From: Candidatus Latescibacterota bacterium
GTDB taxonomy: Bacteria; Latescibacterota; UBA2968
Assembly (NCBI GenBank): GCA_965207885.1
Contig: OZ242311.1
Coordinates: 2,944,001 to 3,008,000 of the forward strand
Length of the DNA: 64,000 nucleotides
Direction: 5' to 3'
Made by a program: the position numbers and the translations under genes. Shown piece by piece: positions 1 to 9,843 of this stretch (within the stretch, counting starts at the first letter, position 1; the number at the start of each line of letters is the position of its first letter). The notes under the pieces were generated by a model that was given only the letters and a program-made list of their open reading frames with translations, did not search any database and had not been told where the DNA came from.

Positions 1-1
1 G

Positions 2-346
2 TGTCATGGCAGACTAGAATCGGAATACGAGGGTCTATACGCACGGATTCGCAATTGGATCAAGCCAGGCGGATGCTTTCTGTGTCTTGACCACGTTCAC
101 GGCTCAAAAGCAGAACTGACCATGCTTGGATTCGAAGATTGGGCTGAGTTGCTTCGACGGAACTTTCCAGAAGATAGAGTTGAGCCGATCCTGAAGAACT
201 CTTTGATAGAAGATTCTCCGTTGGATATTCCTCATCATCTCTCTCTGCTATCAAAAGTCGGGTTTGAGAGAGTTGATGTGCTTTGGAAGAAAGGTCTGTT
301 CGCTCTCTACGGAGGCTTCGGAAAGGCGGAAGAAACCCGACACTGA
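2..346 (+). CDS. Class I SAM-dependent methyltransferase, C-terminal part (runs off window start)
   Basis: Frame open from base 2: ...LYARIRNWIKPGGCFLCLDH...HLSLLSKVGFERVDVLWKKGLFALYGG; 'KPGG' and 'GF..V...W' are typical of CmoA-like MTases. Confidence 0.7.
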   Translation, partial: CHGRLESEYEGLYARIRNWIKPGGCFLCLDHVHGSKAELTMLGFEDWAELLRRNFPEDRVEPILKNSLIEDSPLDIPHHLSLLSKVGFERVDVLWKKGLFALYGGFGKAEETRH

Positions 347-514
347 TCTCCCCGTACTGTTTCTTATGAGATCCAAACCTGCCACAGGCATATAACAGGT
401 CCACTTGCGCTGTGGCGCATTTGCGCCATGGTCTTCAGCAATCCGCTTCGCAGGTTCGCAACCCGCGAGAACGTTACACGCAAACCGGATTCGCATCTTA
501 GGCTGGAAAGGGAA

Positions 515-877
515 ATGATTAAGAGCTTACACCACGCACAGATTACGGTACCCAGGGGCGCTGAGGATGCTGCGAGGGAGTTCTATTGCGGCATTTTAGG
601 GTTACCCGAAATCGAGAAGCCGGAATCGCTTAAGGCCCGAGGTGGATTGTGGTTGCAAGTCGGTGATCGCCAGGTTCACGTAGGAATCGAAGAGGGCGTG
701 GATCGGCTGGCTACCAAGGCACACCTGGCCTACGAGGTGACAGACATCTCTTTTTGGAGGTCTCTGCTTGCTGAGGCGGGCGTCGAGATAGAAAAATCCA
801 TCGCAATTTCCGGCATCGATCGCTTCGAATTTCGGGATCCTTTTGGGAATCGAGTTGAAATCCTCATGCAGACTTAA
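515..877 (+). CDS. VOC/glyoxalase family protein
   Basis: LHHAQITVPRG.E..AREFY..ILGL, HLAY, RFEFRDPFGNRVE; ATG at 515 after purine-rich RBS. Confidence 0.9.
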   Translation: MIKSLHHAQITVPRGAEDAAREFYCGILGLPEIEKPESLKARGGLWLQVGDRQVHVGIEEGVDRLATKAHLAYEVTDISFWRSLLAEAGVEIEKSIAISGIDRFEFRDPFGNRVEILMQT

Positions 878-1129
878 GAAAGGATGGCAGAATGTCTTCA
901 GCCTCCGATACTCCGCGCGTGTACCTGGGTGCCTATGGATTCTGCCGTACCGCGTTCTGTTGGTGAGGTGGAGGCAACGCACAACAAGAAGCTCAAGTTC
1001 GTTCAGTATACTTGAGCATAGAGAAAATTTCGCTGGAAATGACCGGTATCGGAAGCTATATTGTTACGAGAGTAGCCAAACCGAAGTCGATTCGAACCGT
1101 ACATATTATTCTGGAAAATTTGACTCCAG

Positions 1130-1237
1130 ATGAAGAATTGGCCTGAATTCGATCATAATGGTGATTTACCAGTAGGGATTCATGAGGCAACACTGGATGA
1201 GGTGATCAACGATGATTCAGAACGATCAGGAACTTGA
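1130..1237 (+). pseudogene. Truncated remnant of a DUF6932-like (nucleotidyltransferase-fold) gene
   Basis: MKNWPEFDHNGDLPVGIHEATLDEVI matches my recollection of this family's N-terminus, but the ORF is only 35 aa and overlaps the next gene. Confidence 0.5.
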
Positions 1238-1421
1238 GGCGACCAAGGAACGCATCCAATATTTTCAGCGACAAGTAGAAAAGCTTCGACAGGTCGAAAC
1301 CAATCCACAGAACTATTGGTTATCGGCAGGAGGCTATCTGGCCGAAATAGATCGGATGAATCTCGAGGTGAGAGAGTATCTTTCGCTTCATCCAAGTGAA
1401 CAAAGAGAGCGGGTTACCTGA
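1212..1421 (+). CDS. Small helical hypothetical protein (possible antitoxin-like partner)
   Basis: 69 aa, GAGGTG RBS, MIQNDQELEATKERI...LAEIDRMNLEVREYL, followed by a terminator. Confidence 0.65.
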   Translation: MIQNDQELEATKERIQYFQRQVEKLRQVETNPQNYWLSAGGYLAEIDRMNLEVREYLSLHPSEQRERVT

Positions 1422-1451
1422 GTTTATCATAGAACATGTTTTGTGATATAG

Positions 1452-1487
1452 ATCCCCGTTCAGTAGGTTCTGACGGGGATTTTCTTT
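1452..1487 (+). terminator. Rho-independent terminator
   Basis: ATCCCCGT(T)CAG-loop-CTGACGGGGAT followed by TTTCTTT. Confidence 0.7.
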
Positions 1488-1719
1488 ACCAAACACACCG
1501 TTGTTGCGCTGCGTCGCCCTACGCCCAAAAACAAGGACATCCCATGAATTTCACGGTTGATCTTGAATATACTACATGCAGCCCCCAAGATGGATTGCCG
1601 TTTACAGAGGAGACATTCTGTCGGCGTAGTATCCCATTTACCTTTTAAAATCTGTGAAAATTCTTAAATAAAAAGCCCCTAAGCTTGCGTCATCCCGACT
1701 CCAACCACTACTCCAGAGA

Positions 1720-2590
1720 CTAGGTAGTGTCTGAAAAGTAAGCTTTGAAGAGTTGTCTGATACAGGCCAGCTTGACCATAGTGAGAAAATGAGTCGCCTT
1801 TTTTTCAAATCGGGTCACAATCCGTCGGCAGTGTTTAAGCCAACCAAAGAGACGCTCCACGATATTGCGTTTGGCATATAATCTTTTATCACACTTAGGC
1901 CGTGGTCCTCTCTTACGCCGTTTTCTGCCTTTGGGAATCGCCTTGTTTGGGATAGCAGCCTTGATACCCCGTTTGCGTAGATAGACTCTGATGCGTGAGA
2001 CATCATAAGATTTATCAGCTACCAGATACTTGGGTCGGTTTCTTGGACGCCCTCGTTTGGTGGGTATGCATACCTTTGACAGTAGCCTTTCAGCCTGTGT
2101 GGATTCTGACTGGTTACCAGGGAGAAGATCCACTGCTAAAGGATGCCCGACTGCATCGCAAAGAAGATGGATTTTCGTGGTCAAACCGCCACGAGAGCGT
2201 CCTAAAGCGTGATCTGGGGGCTCTTCTTCACCCTTTTTGCCCTTTTTTTTTCGCTCCTGCCGCGGCTTGTGTGGCTCGAATATGGGTTGCATCCATCATC
2301 CAGGTCGCATAATCTAAAAGACCATCTTCACCCAATTTGAGATGTAGCTTTTCTACAATGCGATCAAAGGTGCCATCCTGTTTCCATTTGCAGAATCGGT
2401 CAAAGGCTGTCTGCCAAGGACCATATCGTTCTGGCAGGTCGCGCCAAGCTGCACCTGAACACAATATCCAGAAGATCCCGTTGAATAATGTACGATCATC
2501 CCGACGGGGACGACCCATCTTCTTCGGCGGTGGGAACAGGTCTTGGATCAGATGCCAAGCCTCGTCGCGCAGTTCATATCTCCGTTGCAT
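1720..2590 (-). CDS. IS5 transposase (OrfA 2228-2590 + OrfB 1720-2292, -1 frameshift)
   Basis: WRDLPERYGPW, GRSRGGLTTKIH, ADKSYD, RNIVERLFGWLK; A9-GGG slippery site in the overlap; stop codon completed by the target TA+G. Confidence 0.93.
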
Positions 2591-2659
2591 ATCATACTCC
2601 TTGGTTTAGGGCGTATGCTGCAACTAAAATACATACTTTACGACTTTTCAGACACTACC
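1723..2659 (-). mobile_element. IS5-family insertion sequence (IS427-like), copy 1, 937 bp
   Basis: Perfect 17-bp TIRs GGTAGTGTCTGAAAAGT, TA on both sides, two overlapping transposase ORFs. Confidence 0.95.
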
Positions 2660-2930
2660 TAGGAAACTCGCGATCGAGTTTTTTCTGCGTTTCTCTGCAC
2701 CATTGGTGGTCAGTTTCTCTTAACGGTCCCTCAATGAAGGAATATAAATCAAGATCGGAAACGCCTTGAATGGCTTCATTTCTGTGAACACTGCCCCATA
2801 CGTAGATCGAAATGAGTCTCTCTGCAAAGTATGCCTGATACTCCAATACATGACGCTGAATAAGCTGCACAAAATATTGGTCGTCAAATAGATGTAAATT
2901 TCTGTATTTATCTGAGGTGTTCGATTTCAT
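2660..2930 (-). pseudogene. Nucleotidyltransferase-domain protein truncated by IS5
   Basis: SIYVWGSVHRNEAIQGVSDLDL (GS...DxD motif); frame runs into the IS end. Confidence 0.75.
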
Positions 2931-3086
2931 AAAGTAGCTGCCTTTAGATAGAATGGATGAAACAAATTTAGATTACAAATATGTGTAAATCAAGTTTTCA
3001 ATAGGGATGAGGGAACGCCAGATCAGAGATATATATCTAATAATTCAGAACCGCAGATTATAAACGATCCATCGGATAGATGAAAA

Positions 3087-4652
3087 ATGGCCAGATACAC
3101 ACATAAATCGCCTGCTTCTATTGACCGAAGGGATTTTATTCACCTGGCCGGTCTTGGCGCAATGGGTGCGCTTGTCCTGGGGCTGGATGCTCCTGTTGGC
3201 GCACAAAAACAACCTAATTTTATCTTTATGGTTTCTGACGATCAGGGGTGGGACGGCCTTTCAGTGCAGATGCACGATGCGATTTCCGGTTCAAAGAGCG
3301 ATTTTTATCAGACGCCCAATCTCGAGAAGCTCGCACAGCAGGGCATGCGTTTTTCGGCTGCTTATTCGCCTTCGCCTGTCTGTTCGCCAACGCGATGCAG
3401 CCTTCAAACGGGTAAGAGTCCGGCAAAGAACCACTGGACAAAGGCATCCCCTATTCTGACCGTCAGAGATGGCCGTAAACTCATCCCACCAATGCATGGC
3501 AGAGATCTTTCCAGTGATGAAATAACCATTGCTGAGATGTTGAAACAGGCCGGTTATACCACAGCACATTATGGCAAATGGCATCTCGGTGGCGGTGGAC
3601 CAGGACGTCACGGGTATGACGTACACGATGGGAATACGGGTAACAGGGATGCAGCTCGTCATGTCGATCCCAATCCTGTAGATATCTTCGGCATGTCCCG
3701 GCGTGCGAATGCGTTTATGGAGGAGAATACAGAAGCTGGCAAGCCGTTCTTTATTCAGTTGTCTTATTATGCCCTGCACTATCCCCGGAATGCGCTGGAA
3801 AGCACGCGGCAAGCATACTTAAATCGGCCGAGAGGGGACGTCCATCGAAATGTCAATCGCGCGGCGATTACTGAAGACCTGGATACGGGTGTGGGTATGA
3901 TCATGGATCAAGTTGAGAAACTCGGCATAGGTGGTCATACGTATCTGATTTACATGTCTGATAATGGTGCTGTGGGAGGCGGTCTGGGTGTGTTGCGCGG
4001 GTCGAAGGGGTCTTTGTGGGAGGGTGGTATTCGCGTGCCATTGATTATCCAGGGACCTGGTATAGAGCCAAATACAGTTTGTCACGAACGCGTGGTCGGC
4101 GTTGATTTGTTTCCCACGCTTTGCGAACTGGGCGGTGTGAGCCAGCCGTTGCCAGTGGGTATTGAGGGGGGGAGTATCGCATCGTTATTATCTGGTGGGG
4201 CGGGTGCCGTTGTGAGACCTCGTGAGGAATTGGTCTTTCATTTTCCGCATTATCAAAGCGGAGATGGACCGCATTCGGCAATCATGTTGGACGATTACAA
4301 GCTGATCAAGTTTTACGAGACCGATGACGTGCGATTGTACGATTTGGTCAATGATATTGGAGAACAAAATGATTTGTCCAAAGATATGGGGGAAGAGGCG
4401 ATGCACCTGCGCGAACGGCTCGAACAGTATCTGGTATCTGTTGACGCTCAGTTGCCCGTGCCGAATCCCAATTATGGACCAGGCAAATCAAGTGATTTTA
4501 ATGGCGATGGACAAATTGATTTTGTGGATTTTCTCGAATTTGCCAGAGCTTATGGGTCGGAGGAGACTCGGTTTGATCTGGACAATAGCGGACAGGTAGA
4601 TTTTGCCGATTTTTTGAGGTTTGTACAGGATTTTGGAAGCACCGGGAATTAA
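3087..4652 (+). CDS. Tat-exported Cys-type sulfatase with C-terminal dockerin/EF-hand-like module
   Basis: DRRDFI Tat signal, PNFIFMVSDDQG, CSPTR, GKWHLG, SDNG; C-terminal DFNGDGQIDFVDFL...DLDNSGQVDFADFL. Confidence 0.93.
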   Translation: MARYTHKSPASIDRRDFIHLAGLGAMGALVLGLDAPVGAQKQPNFIFMVSDDQGWDGLSVQMHDAISGSKSDFYQTPNLEKLAQQGMRFSAAYSPSPVCSPTRCSLQTGKSPAKNHWTKASPILTVRDGRKLIPPMHGRDLSSDEITIAEMLKQAGYTTAHYGKWHLGGGGPGRHGYDVHDGNTGNRDAARHVDPNPVDIFGMSRRANAFMEENTEAGKPFFIQLSYYALHYPRNALESTRQAYLNRPRGDVHRNVNRAAITEDLDTGVGMIMDQVEKLGIGGHTYLIYMSDNGAVGGGLGVLRGSKGSLWEGGIRVPLIIQGPGIEPNTVCHERVVGVDLFPTLCELGGVSQPLPVGIEGGSIASLLSGGAGAVVRPREELVFHFPHYQSGDGPHSAIMLDDYKLIKFYETDDVRLYDLVNDIGEQNDLSKDMGEEAMHLRERLEQYLVSVDAQLPVPNPNYGPGKSSDFNGDGQIDFVDFLEFARAYGSEETRFDLDNSGQVDFADFLRFVQDFGSTGN

Positions 4653-4684
4653 CAAATTCAATTGTTTATACAGGAGTTTTTCCC

Positions 4685-5905
4685 ATGAAGATTGTCGGGT
4701 TTGCGCTTGTCGCGTGCTTGTTGTGCGCTTTGGAAACGAATGCCTACGGTGCGGATTCCTTATCCGTCGAGGCGGGCTATGGTCGGATTGTGCTTCCGGG
4801 TACACAGGTGGATCTCAATGCCTCGATTACCAATGGTTCGGGCGCCCGTGTTGTGTGGCGGCAAGTGCAAGGGACGTCGGCGGCGATCAGTTCACCCAAT
4901 GCGCTCCAGACGACTGTTAGCGTTCCTGTCAATTTCAACCAGGCGGAGACATTGCTATTTGAAGTGCGTGCCGAGATGAATTCGGGTCAACAAGCATCGG
5001 ATACGGTTTGGATCGAGGTGTACGTACCTGAACAGAATCCCGCCGACCTGACGCTTGTGGCAGATTTTTCGCCGAAAGTTGGCTGGGAGTGCAATCAGGA
5101 CCCCGTAGAGGTTCCAGAGGTTCAGACCCGCGTTTTGGAAGATGCCATCGAGTACACGTCCAACGGCATTCCCGCCCATGCGACGGGAATATTTCCCAAT
5201 CGGGGAAATCCGAACATGATTTGGTCGGTAACGCAAACCTGGCGCATTCCCCGCTATCCCGTAAAGACAGATTCGCCCACCGAAATGGTTGTATTTGGCA
5301 TTACGCTTGAGGGCATAAAGCTCGAACCCGGCACTGCGGAGAGTTATCGCAACCAGCGGCAGTGGCGTTACGAGGCACTGACCCCGGGTATGGCGCGTCG
5401 ATTGAGCGGCACTGCGCGGTTCGAATGGCTGGGTACAGATTGCAATAACGCGCACGTTCAGCCGACGGGTGTTTACCACTATCACGGCGTGCCGCATAGC
5501 TTGATAAATGAACTCGCCGGTGGGATGGACAGTGAGGAGATGGTATTGGTCGGATATGCTGCCGACGGTTTTCCGGTCTATGTCGCCAGCGGACCCAATG
5601 CTCCTGAGGGGAGTTGGGAATTGCGCTCGGGTACGCGAGAAAGTGGACCAGGTGGAGAATATGACGGTACGTTTCGGGAAGATTGGCAATTTGTCGAGGG
5701 ATCGGGCGACCTCGACCAGTGCAATGGGCGATTCGGGATTACGCCCGAGTTTCCGGAAGGGATCTACCATTATTATTTGACCGAGGATTACCCGTACATA
5801 CCCCGCTGTGTATGGGGAACGCCAGATCCTTCGTTCCGGCAACACCGAGATGGTGGACCGCCCGGCGGTCGGCGTTTTAGAAGGCCCCCACCGCGGCGTC
5901 GTTGA
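4685..5905 (+). CDS. YHYH-family secreted protein with N-terminal PKD/Ig-like domain and Arg/Pro-rich tail
   Basis: Signal peptide, AHVQPTGVYHYHG, GYAADGFP, DLDQCNGR, YHYYLT. Confidence 0.88.
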   Translation: MKIVGFALVACLLCALETNAYGADSLSVEAGYGRIVLPGTQVDLNASITNGSGARVVWRQVQGTSAAISSPNALQTTVSVPVNFNQAETLLFEVRAEMNSGQQASDTVWIEVYVPEQNPADLTLVADFSPKVGWECNQDPVEVPEVQTRVLEDAIEYTSNGIPAHATGIFPNRGNPNMIWSVTQTWRIPRYPVKTDSPTEMVVFGITLEGIKLEPGTAESYRNQRQWRYEALTPGMARRLSGTARFEWLGTDCNNAHVQPTGVYHYHGVPHSLINELAGGMDSEEMVLVGYAADGFPVYVASGPNAPEGSWELRSGTRESGPGGEYDGTFREDWQFVEGSGDLDQCNGRFGITPEFPEGIYHYYLTEDYPYIPRCVWGTPDPSFRQHRDGGPPGGRRFRRPPPRRR

Positions 5906-5939
5906 AACGATAGGGGATGAAGATTATAATAAGAGGCTA

Positions 5940-7343
5940 ATGATGAGGCGACAATTGAGGATGTTCGGATTGGTTTTTTGCCTGATGAGTGTGTTGTGTA
6001 CCAGTTATGCAGAAGGGCACATGCTCTACAGCGATGAGAGTGATGTGACGGATTTCAATGGCGACGGAAAAACGGACTTCGATGATTTTATTTTGTTCGT
6101 GGCCGCATTTGGTTCACAACAGGTGCCGTTCGATCTAAATGGGAATGGCCTGGTAGATTTTCCCGATTTTCTGATATTTGCCGCCCAATTTGTTCAAACG
6201 TCTCCGAACGAAACGCCAGATACCTTATCCGTCGAGGCGGGCTATGGTCGGATTGTTCTTCCGGGTACACAGGTGCAACTCAACGCCACGCTTAATGGTC
6301 CGGGTGCCCAGATTGCGTGGCGACAAGTGGGCGGCATAGTGGCGGAGATTCGTTCGGCAAACGCGCTCCAGCCGATCATTAGCATTCCCGTTATGATCAA
6401 CCAGCCGGAAACCTTGCTATTTGAAGTGCGTGCCGAAAAGGATTCGGGGCAACAAGCATCGGATATCGTTTGGGTCGAGGCGTACGTGCCGCAACAGGAT
6501 GTCACAGATTTGACGCTTGTGGCAGATTTTTCGCCGAAAGTTGGCTGGGAGTGCGACCAGGATCCCGTCGCGGTTCCAGAGGTTCGGACCCGCGTTCTGG
6601 AAAACACCATCGAGTACACGACGAATGGCATTCCCGCCCATGCAACGGGAATGTTTCCCAATCGGGGTAATCCAAATACGATAGCTCAAGTGACGCAAAC
6701 CTGGAGGATTCCCCGCTATCCGGAAAAGACGAATACGCCTACTGAAATGGCTACATTTGGCATCACGCTGGACGGCATCAAACTCGAGCGCGATACCGCC
6801 GAGAGTTATCGCAATCAGCGGCAGTGGAGTTACGAGGCGCTGACCCCGGGTATGGCGCGGCGGTTAAGCGGCAATGCGCGGTTTGAATGGCTGGGGACAG
6901 ATTGCAATAACGCGCACGTTCAGCCGACGGGCATTTACCACTACCACGGCGTACCGCACGGACTGGTCAATGAACTCGCCAGTGAGGCTGGGAGCCAGGA
7001 TATGATATTGGTCGGATATGCTGCCGATGGTTTTCCGTTCTATGTCGCCCTCGGACCCGATGCGCCCGAGGGTAGTTGGGTATTGCGCCAGGGTACGCGA
7101 GAAAGCGCGCCGGGAGGGGCTTATGACGGCACGTTTCGGGAAGATTGGCAATATGTCGGATCGGGCGACCTGGATCAGTGCAATGGTCGGTTCGGGGTGA
7201 CGCCCGAGTTTCCGGAAGGGATCTACCATTATTATTTGACCGAGGATTACCCGTACATACCCCGATGTGTTTGGGGGACGCCTGATTCTTCGTTTCGGCG
7301 ACGTCGGGCTGGTGGCCCACCTCCTGGTGGTCCAGGAGGTTGA
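5940..7343 (+). CDS. YHYH-family secreted protein, paralog with N-terminal dockerin/EF-hand-like module
   Basis: ATG 5940 after AAGAGG; DFNGDGKTDFDDFI...DLNGNGLVDFPDFL, then the same PKD+YHYH body as 4685-5905. Confidence 0.88.
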   Translation: MMRRQLRMFGLVFCLMSVLCTSYAEGHMLYSDESDVTDFNGDGKTDFDDFILFVAAFGSQQVPFDLNGNGLVDFPDFLIFAAQFVQTSPNETPDTLSVEAGYGRIVLPGTQVQLNATLNGPGAQIAWRQVGGIVAEIRSANALQPIISIPVMINQPETLLFEVRAEKDSGQQASDIVWVEAYVPQQDVTDLTLVADFSPKVGWECDQDPVAVPEVRTRVLENTIEYTTNGIPAHATGMFPNRGNPNTIAQVTQTWRIPRYPEKTNTPTEMATFGITLDGIKLERDTAESYRNQRQWSYEALTPGMARRLSGNARFEWLGTDCNNAHVQPTGIYHYHGVPHGLVNELASEAGSQDMILVGYAADGFPFYVALGPDAPEGSWVLRQGTRESAPGGAYDGTFREDWQYVGSGDLDQCNGRFGVTPEFPEGIYHYYLTEDYPYIPRCVWGTPDSSFRRRRAGGPPPGGPGG

Positions 7344-7367
7344 CGAAGTCCATCGCCACACATTCGA

Positions 7368-7406
7368 GGGCGAGCAGTTGTAGGGACGATGCCTTTGTGC
7401 TCGCCC
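7368..7406. repeat. GTAG-type REP-like palindrome
   Basis: GGGCGAGCA...TGCTCGCCC inverted repeat enclosing GTAGGG. Confidence 0.4.
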
Positions 7407-8508
7407 ATCGGATGATCACATAACTTGATCGGGTATATCTGCGCGGAGGAGACAGACATCATGTTTTTAAAATTATTAAAATCAAAATGGGTGCTGGGTG
7501 CGACCTTCGCTTTATTTTGTATTTTTAGCCCAATCACTTTGAAAGCGTCACTGCCCGATTTTGATGGGAATGGCAAAGTCGATTTTGCCGATTTTCTACT
7601 TTTTGTAGCTGTATTTGGGCAATCGGCTGCTGGGCAAAATGCGATTTTCGACCTGGACACAAGTGGAACAGTTGATTTTGGAGATTTTTTAATTTTTGCC
7701 AGTGCATTTGGGCAACCCGTCTCTGATCCTGTTCGAGGTGTTAGTACTCAGGGTTTTGCAACGCAAACAATTTCCAATCTGCTCGATTGTCCCGGGGGGC
7801 GTATAAGTCGTGTGGGGACCATTACATCTGACGATGGCAATGTGTGGATTATGCCTGCCGAGACGCAATACACAACCGCAAGACATGCATCGGACATGTA
7901 TAACCAATGCACAGGTATTTTCACTTCCAATAGCAGTGCTCTCAATTTGTCGGCTGTGCCAGTCGTAGAGATCGATCAAGATGGTGAGACGATTACGGGA
8001 TATATCTTTGCTGACAATTACTTTGAATTGTATGTGAACGGTATCTTGATCGCGGTTGATGCAGTTCCGTTCACCCCGTTTAATTCGAGCATGGTTCGGT
8101 TTAAGGTTAAGCGGCCATTTACGATTGCAATGAAGCTGGTTGATTGGGAAGAGAATTTGGGGCTTGGTACAGAAGCTAATCGCAATTTTTTACACCATCC
8201 GGGAGATGGTGGTCTGGTCGCGAGTTTTCACGATGCCAATGGAAATACTATTGCAATTACAAATGATCAATGGAAAGCGCAGACTTTCTATATTGCACCC
8301 ATTAGAGATTTGAGCTGTATTGTCGAGAAGGAGACCGAGCATTTGTCCGGCGACTGTGACACGCGTGGTACAAATGATGGGAGTCTATTTTACGCAATGC
8401 ACTATCCCGTCCCATCGAACTGGTACGATAGCGACTTTGATGATTCGGCCTGGCCACGGGCATATACTTATACAAATGCGACAGTTGGTGTGAACAATAA
8501 ACCCGCAT

Positions 8509-9705
8509 TAAAGTACACGACAAAAAATAAAAGACCTGTGCAAAACGTGAAAAAGAGTTAGGTTTGAATGTGTGAAAACGAACCTTCTCATCTCAACAAG
8601 GCACAGGTCTATGTCTCGTCAAGTTATACAACTTCACCATGTATTGCAAGGCCATTTTGGGTGGCATAAAGCACGCATCACTTTCACAGCGGCCTTCATC
8701 TTGTCTTTGGTCAAGCTGAGCAGGGTCAACTTCGCCAAATTGGCTAATGCGCTAAATGGACAGGTCAAACCGCAATCAAATTACCGCAGGATACAGCGTT
8801 TTTTCGCTGAGTTTGACATTCCTTATGAAGCCGTGACGCGACTGATCTTGCACTTATTACCTATAAAGACCGATTTTGCAGTCTCAATAGATCGCACTAA
8901 TTGGAAGTTAGGCAAATTCAATATCAACATCCTAACCGCAGGCATTATCTATGAAGGGGTCGCCTTTCCTATGTGTTGGCACTTGTTAAAAAAACGAGGC
9001 AATTCCAATAGTGATGAGCGTATCAATTTGATGAAACAGGTGCTTACGCGCATTCCCAAGTCTCATATCCGCGTTGTATTGGCAGATAGAGAATTCATTG
9101 GAAGAGAATGGTTTGCGTGGTTAGACACACAAAACATCCCTTTTGTCATCCGCATCAAGGAAAATGCCCTTGTCTCAAGGGCAGATAGAGAGATACCCAT
9201 AAAAAAACTCTTTGAAAATTTGCACATCCATCAGCAGGTCAGCCTACAAAGACCTCGCCGCGTTTATGACCTACCTGTGTATGTGTCTGCGCTAAGATTG
9301 AAGGATCAATACCTCATTCTTGCAAGCAACCAACAACGTCAAGTCGCATTGGAGGTGTATAAAAAACGTTGGGGCATTGAAGTCCTTTTTGCAAATTTGA
9401 AAAGTCGAGGATTTAATCTGGAAGAGACCCACCTTATACATCAAGATCGCATTGAAAAACTCATCGCGCTTTTGGCTATTGCCTGCACCTGGGCCCATAT
9501 CATCGGCGAATGGATCGCCCTTACAAAACCTTTGAAGGTCAAAAACCACGGACGGATGGAAAAAAGTCTCTTCCGATATGGGTTGGACTATTTGCAGTAT
9601 GTCCTGCTCAATATACACCAACAAGCCCAGCAGTTCCTCAAATGCATTCGTTTACTGATTAATCCGCCAGATTTTAACCCGATTTAGGTTTTGTCGTGTA
9701 CTATG
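8509..9705 (+). mobile_element. IS4-family insertion sequence, 1197 bp
   Basis: Imperfect TIRs with core AGTACACGACAAAA / TTTTGTCGTGTACT; 7-bp TSD CCCGCAT at 8502-8508 and 9706-9712. Confidence 0.92.
8572..9687 (+). CDS. IS4-family DDE transposase (start may be ATG 8611)
   Basis: IDRTNWK, LADREFIG, YKKRWGIEVLFANLKSRGFNLEET (YREK motif). Confidence 0.92.
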   Translation: MKTNLLISTRHRSMSRQVIQLHHVLQGHFGWHKARITFTAAFILSLVKLSRVNFAKLANALNGQVKPQSNYRRIQRFFAEFDIPYEAVTRLILHLLPIKTDFAVSIDRTNWKLGKFNINILTAGIIYEGVAFPMCWHLLKKRGNSNSDERINLMKQVLTRIPKSHIRVVLADREFIGREWFAWLDTQNIPFVIRIKENALVSRADREIPIKKLFENLHIHQQVSLQRPRRVYDLPVYVSALRLKDQYLILASNQQRQVALEVYKKRWGIEVLFANLKSRGFNLEETHLIHQDRIEKLIALLAIACTWAHIIGEWIALTKPLKVKNHGRMEKSLFRYGLDYLQYVLLNIHQQAQQFLKCIRLLINPPDFNPI

Positions 9706-9843
9706 CCCGCATATACAAATTTTACGGATCTATTTGATAATCCTGAGCACGATGCACAATTTATATGGTCATCGAATCTCATTTTGGACAATGAAGTGAT
9801 TGTGAGATATACCGTAAAGTAGTGTTATGGAGGAATTGGACCA

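Larger units (their letters stand above)
7461..9822 (+). pseudogene. Secreted dockerin/EF-hand-module protein interrupted by an IS4-family element near its C-terminus
   Basis: Signal peptide, PDFDGNGKVDFADFL, FADNYFELYVNG; removing 8509-9705 plus one TSD restores ...NNKPAYTNFTDLF...FIWSSNLILDNEVIVRYTVK* (stop 9820-9822). Confidence 0.85.

Noticed and set aside
880-1130. Short ORFs between the VOC gene and the DUF6932-like remnant
   Set aside because: No recognizable motif, RBS or consistent frame
1436-1682. 70-aa ORF or possible IS remnant
   Set aside because: Overlaps a terminator and a REP-like GTAG motif; no transposase motif or paired TIR found
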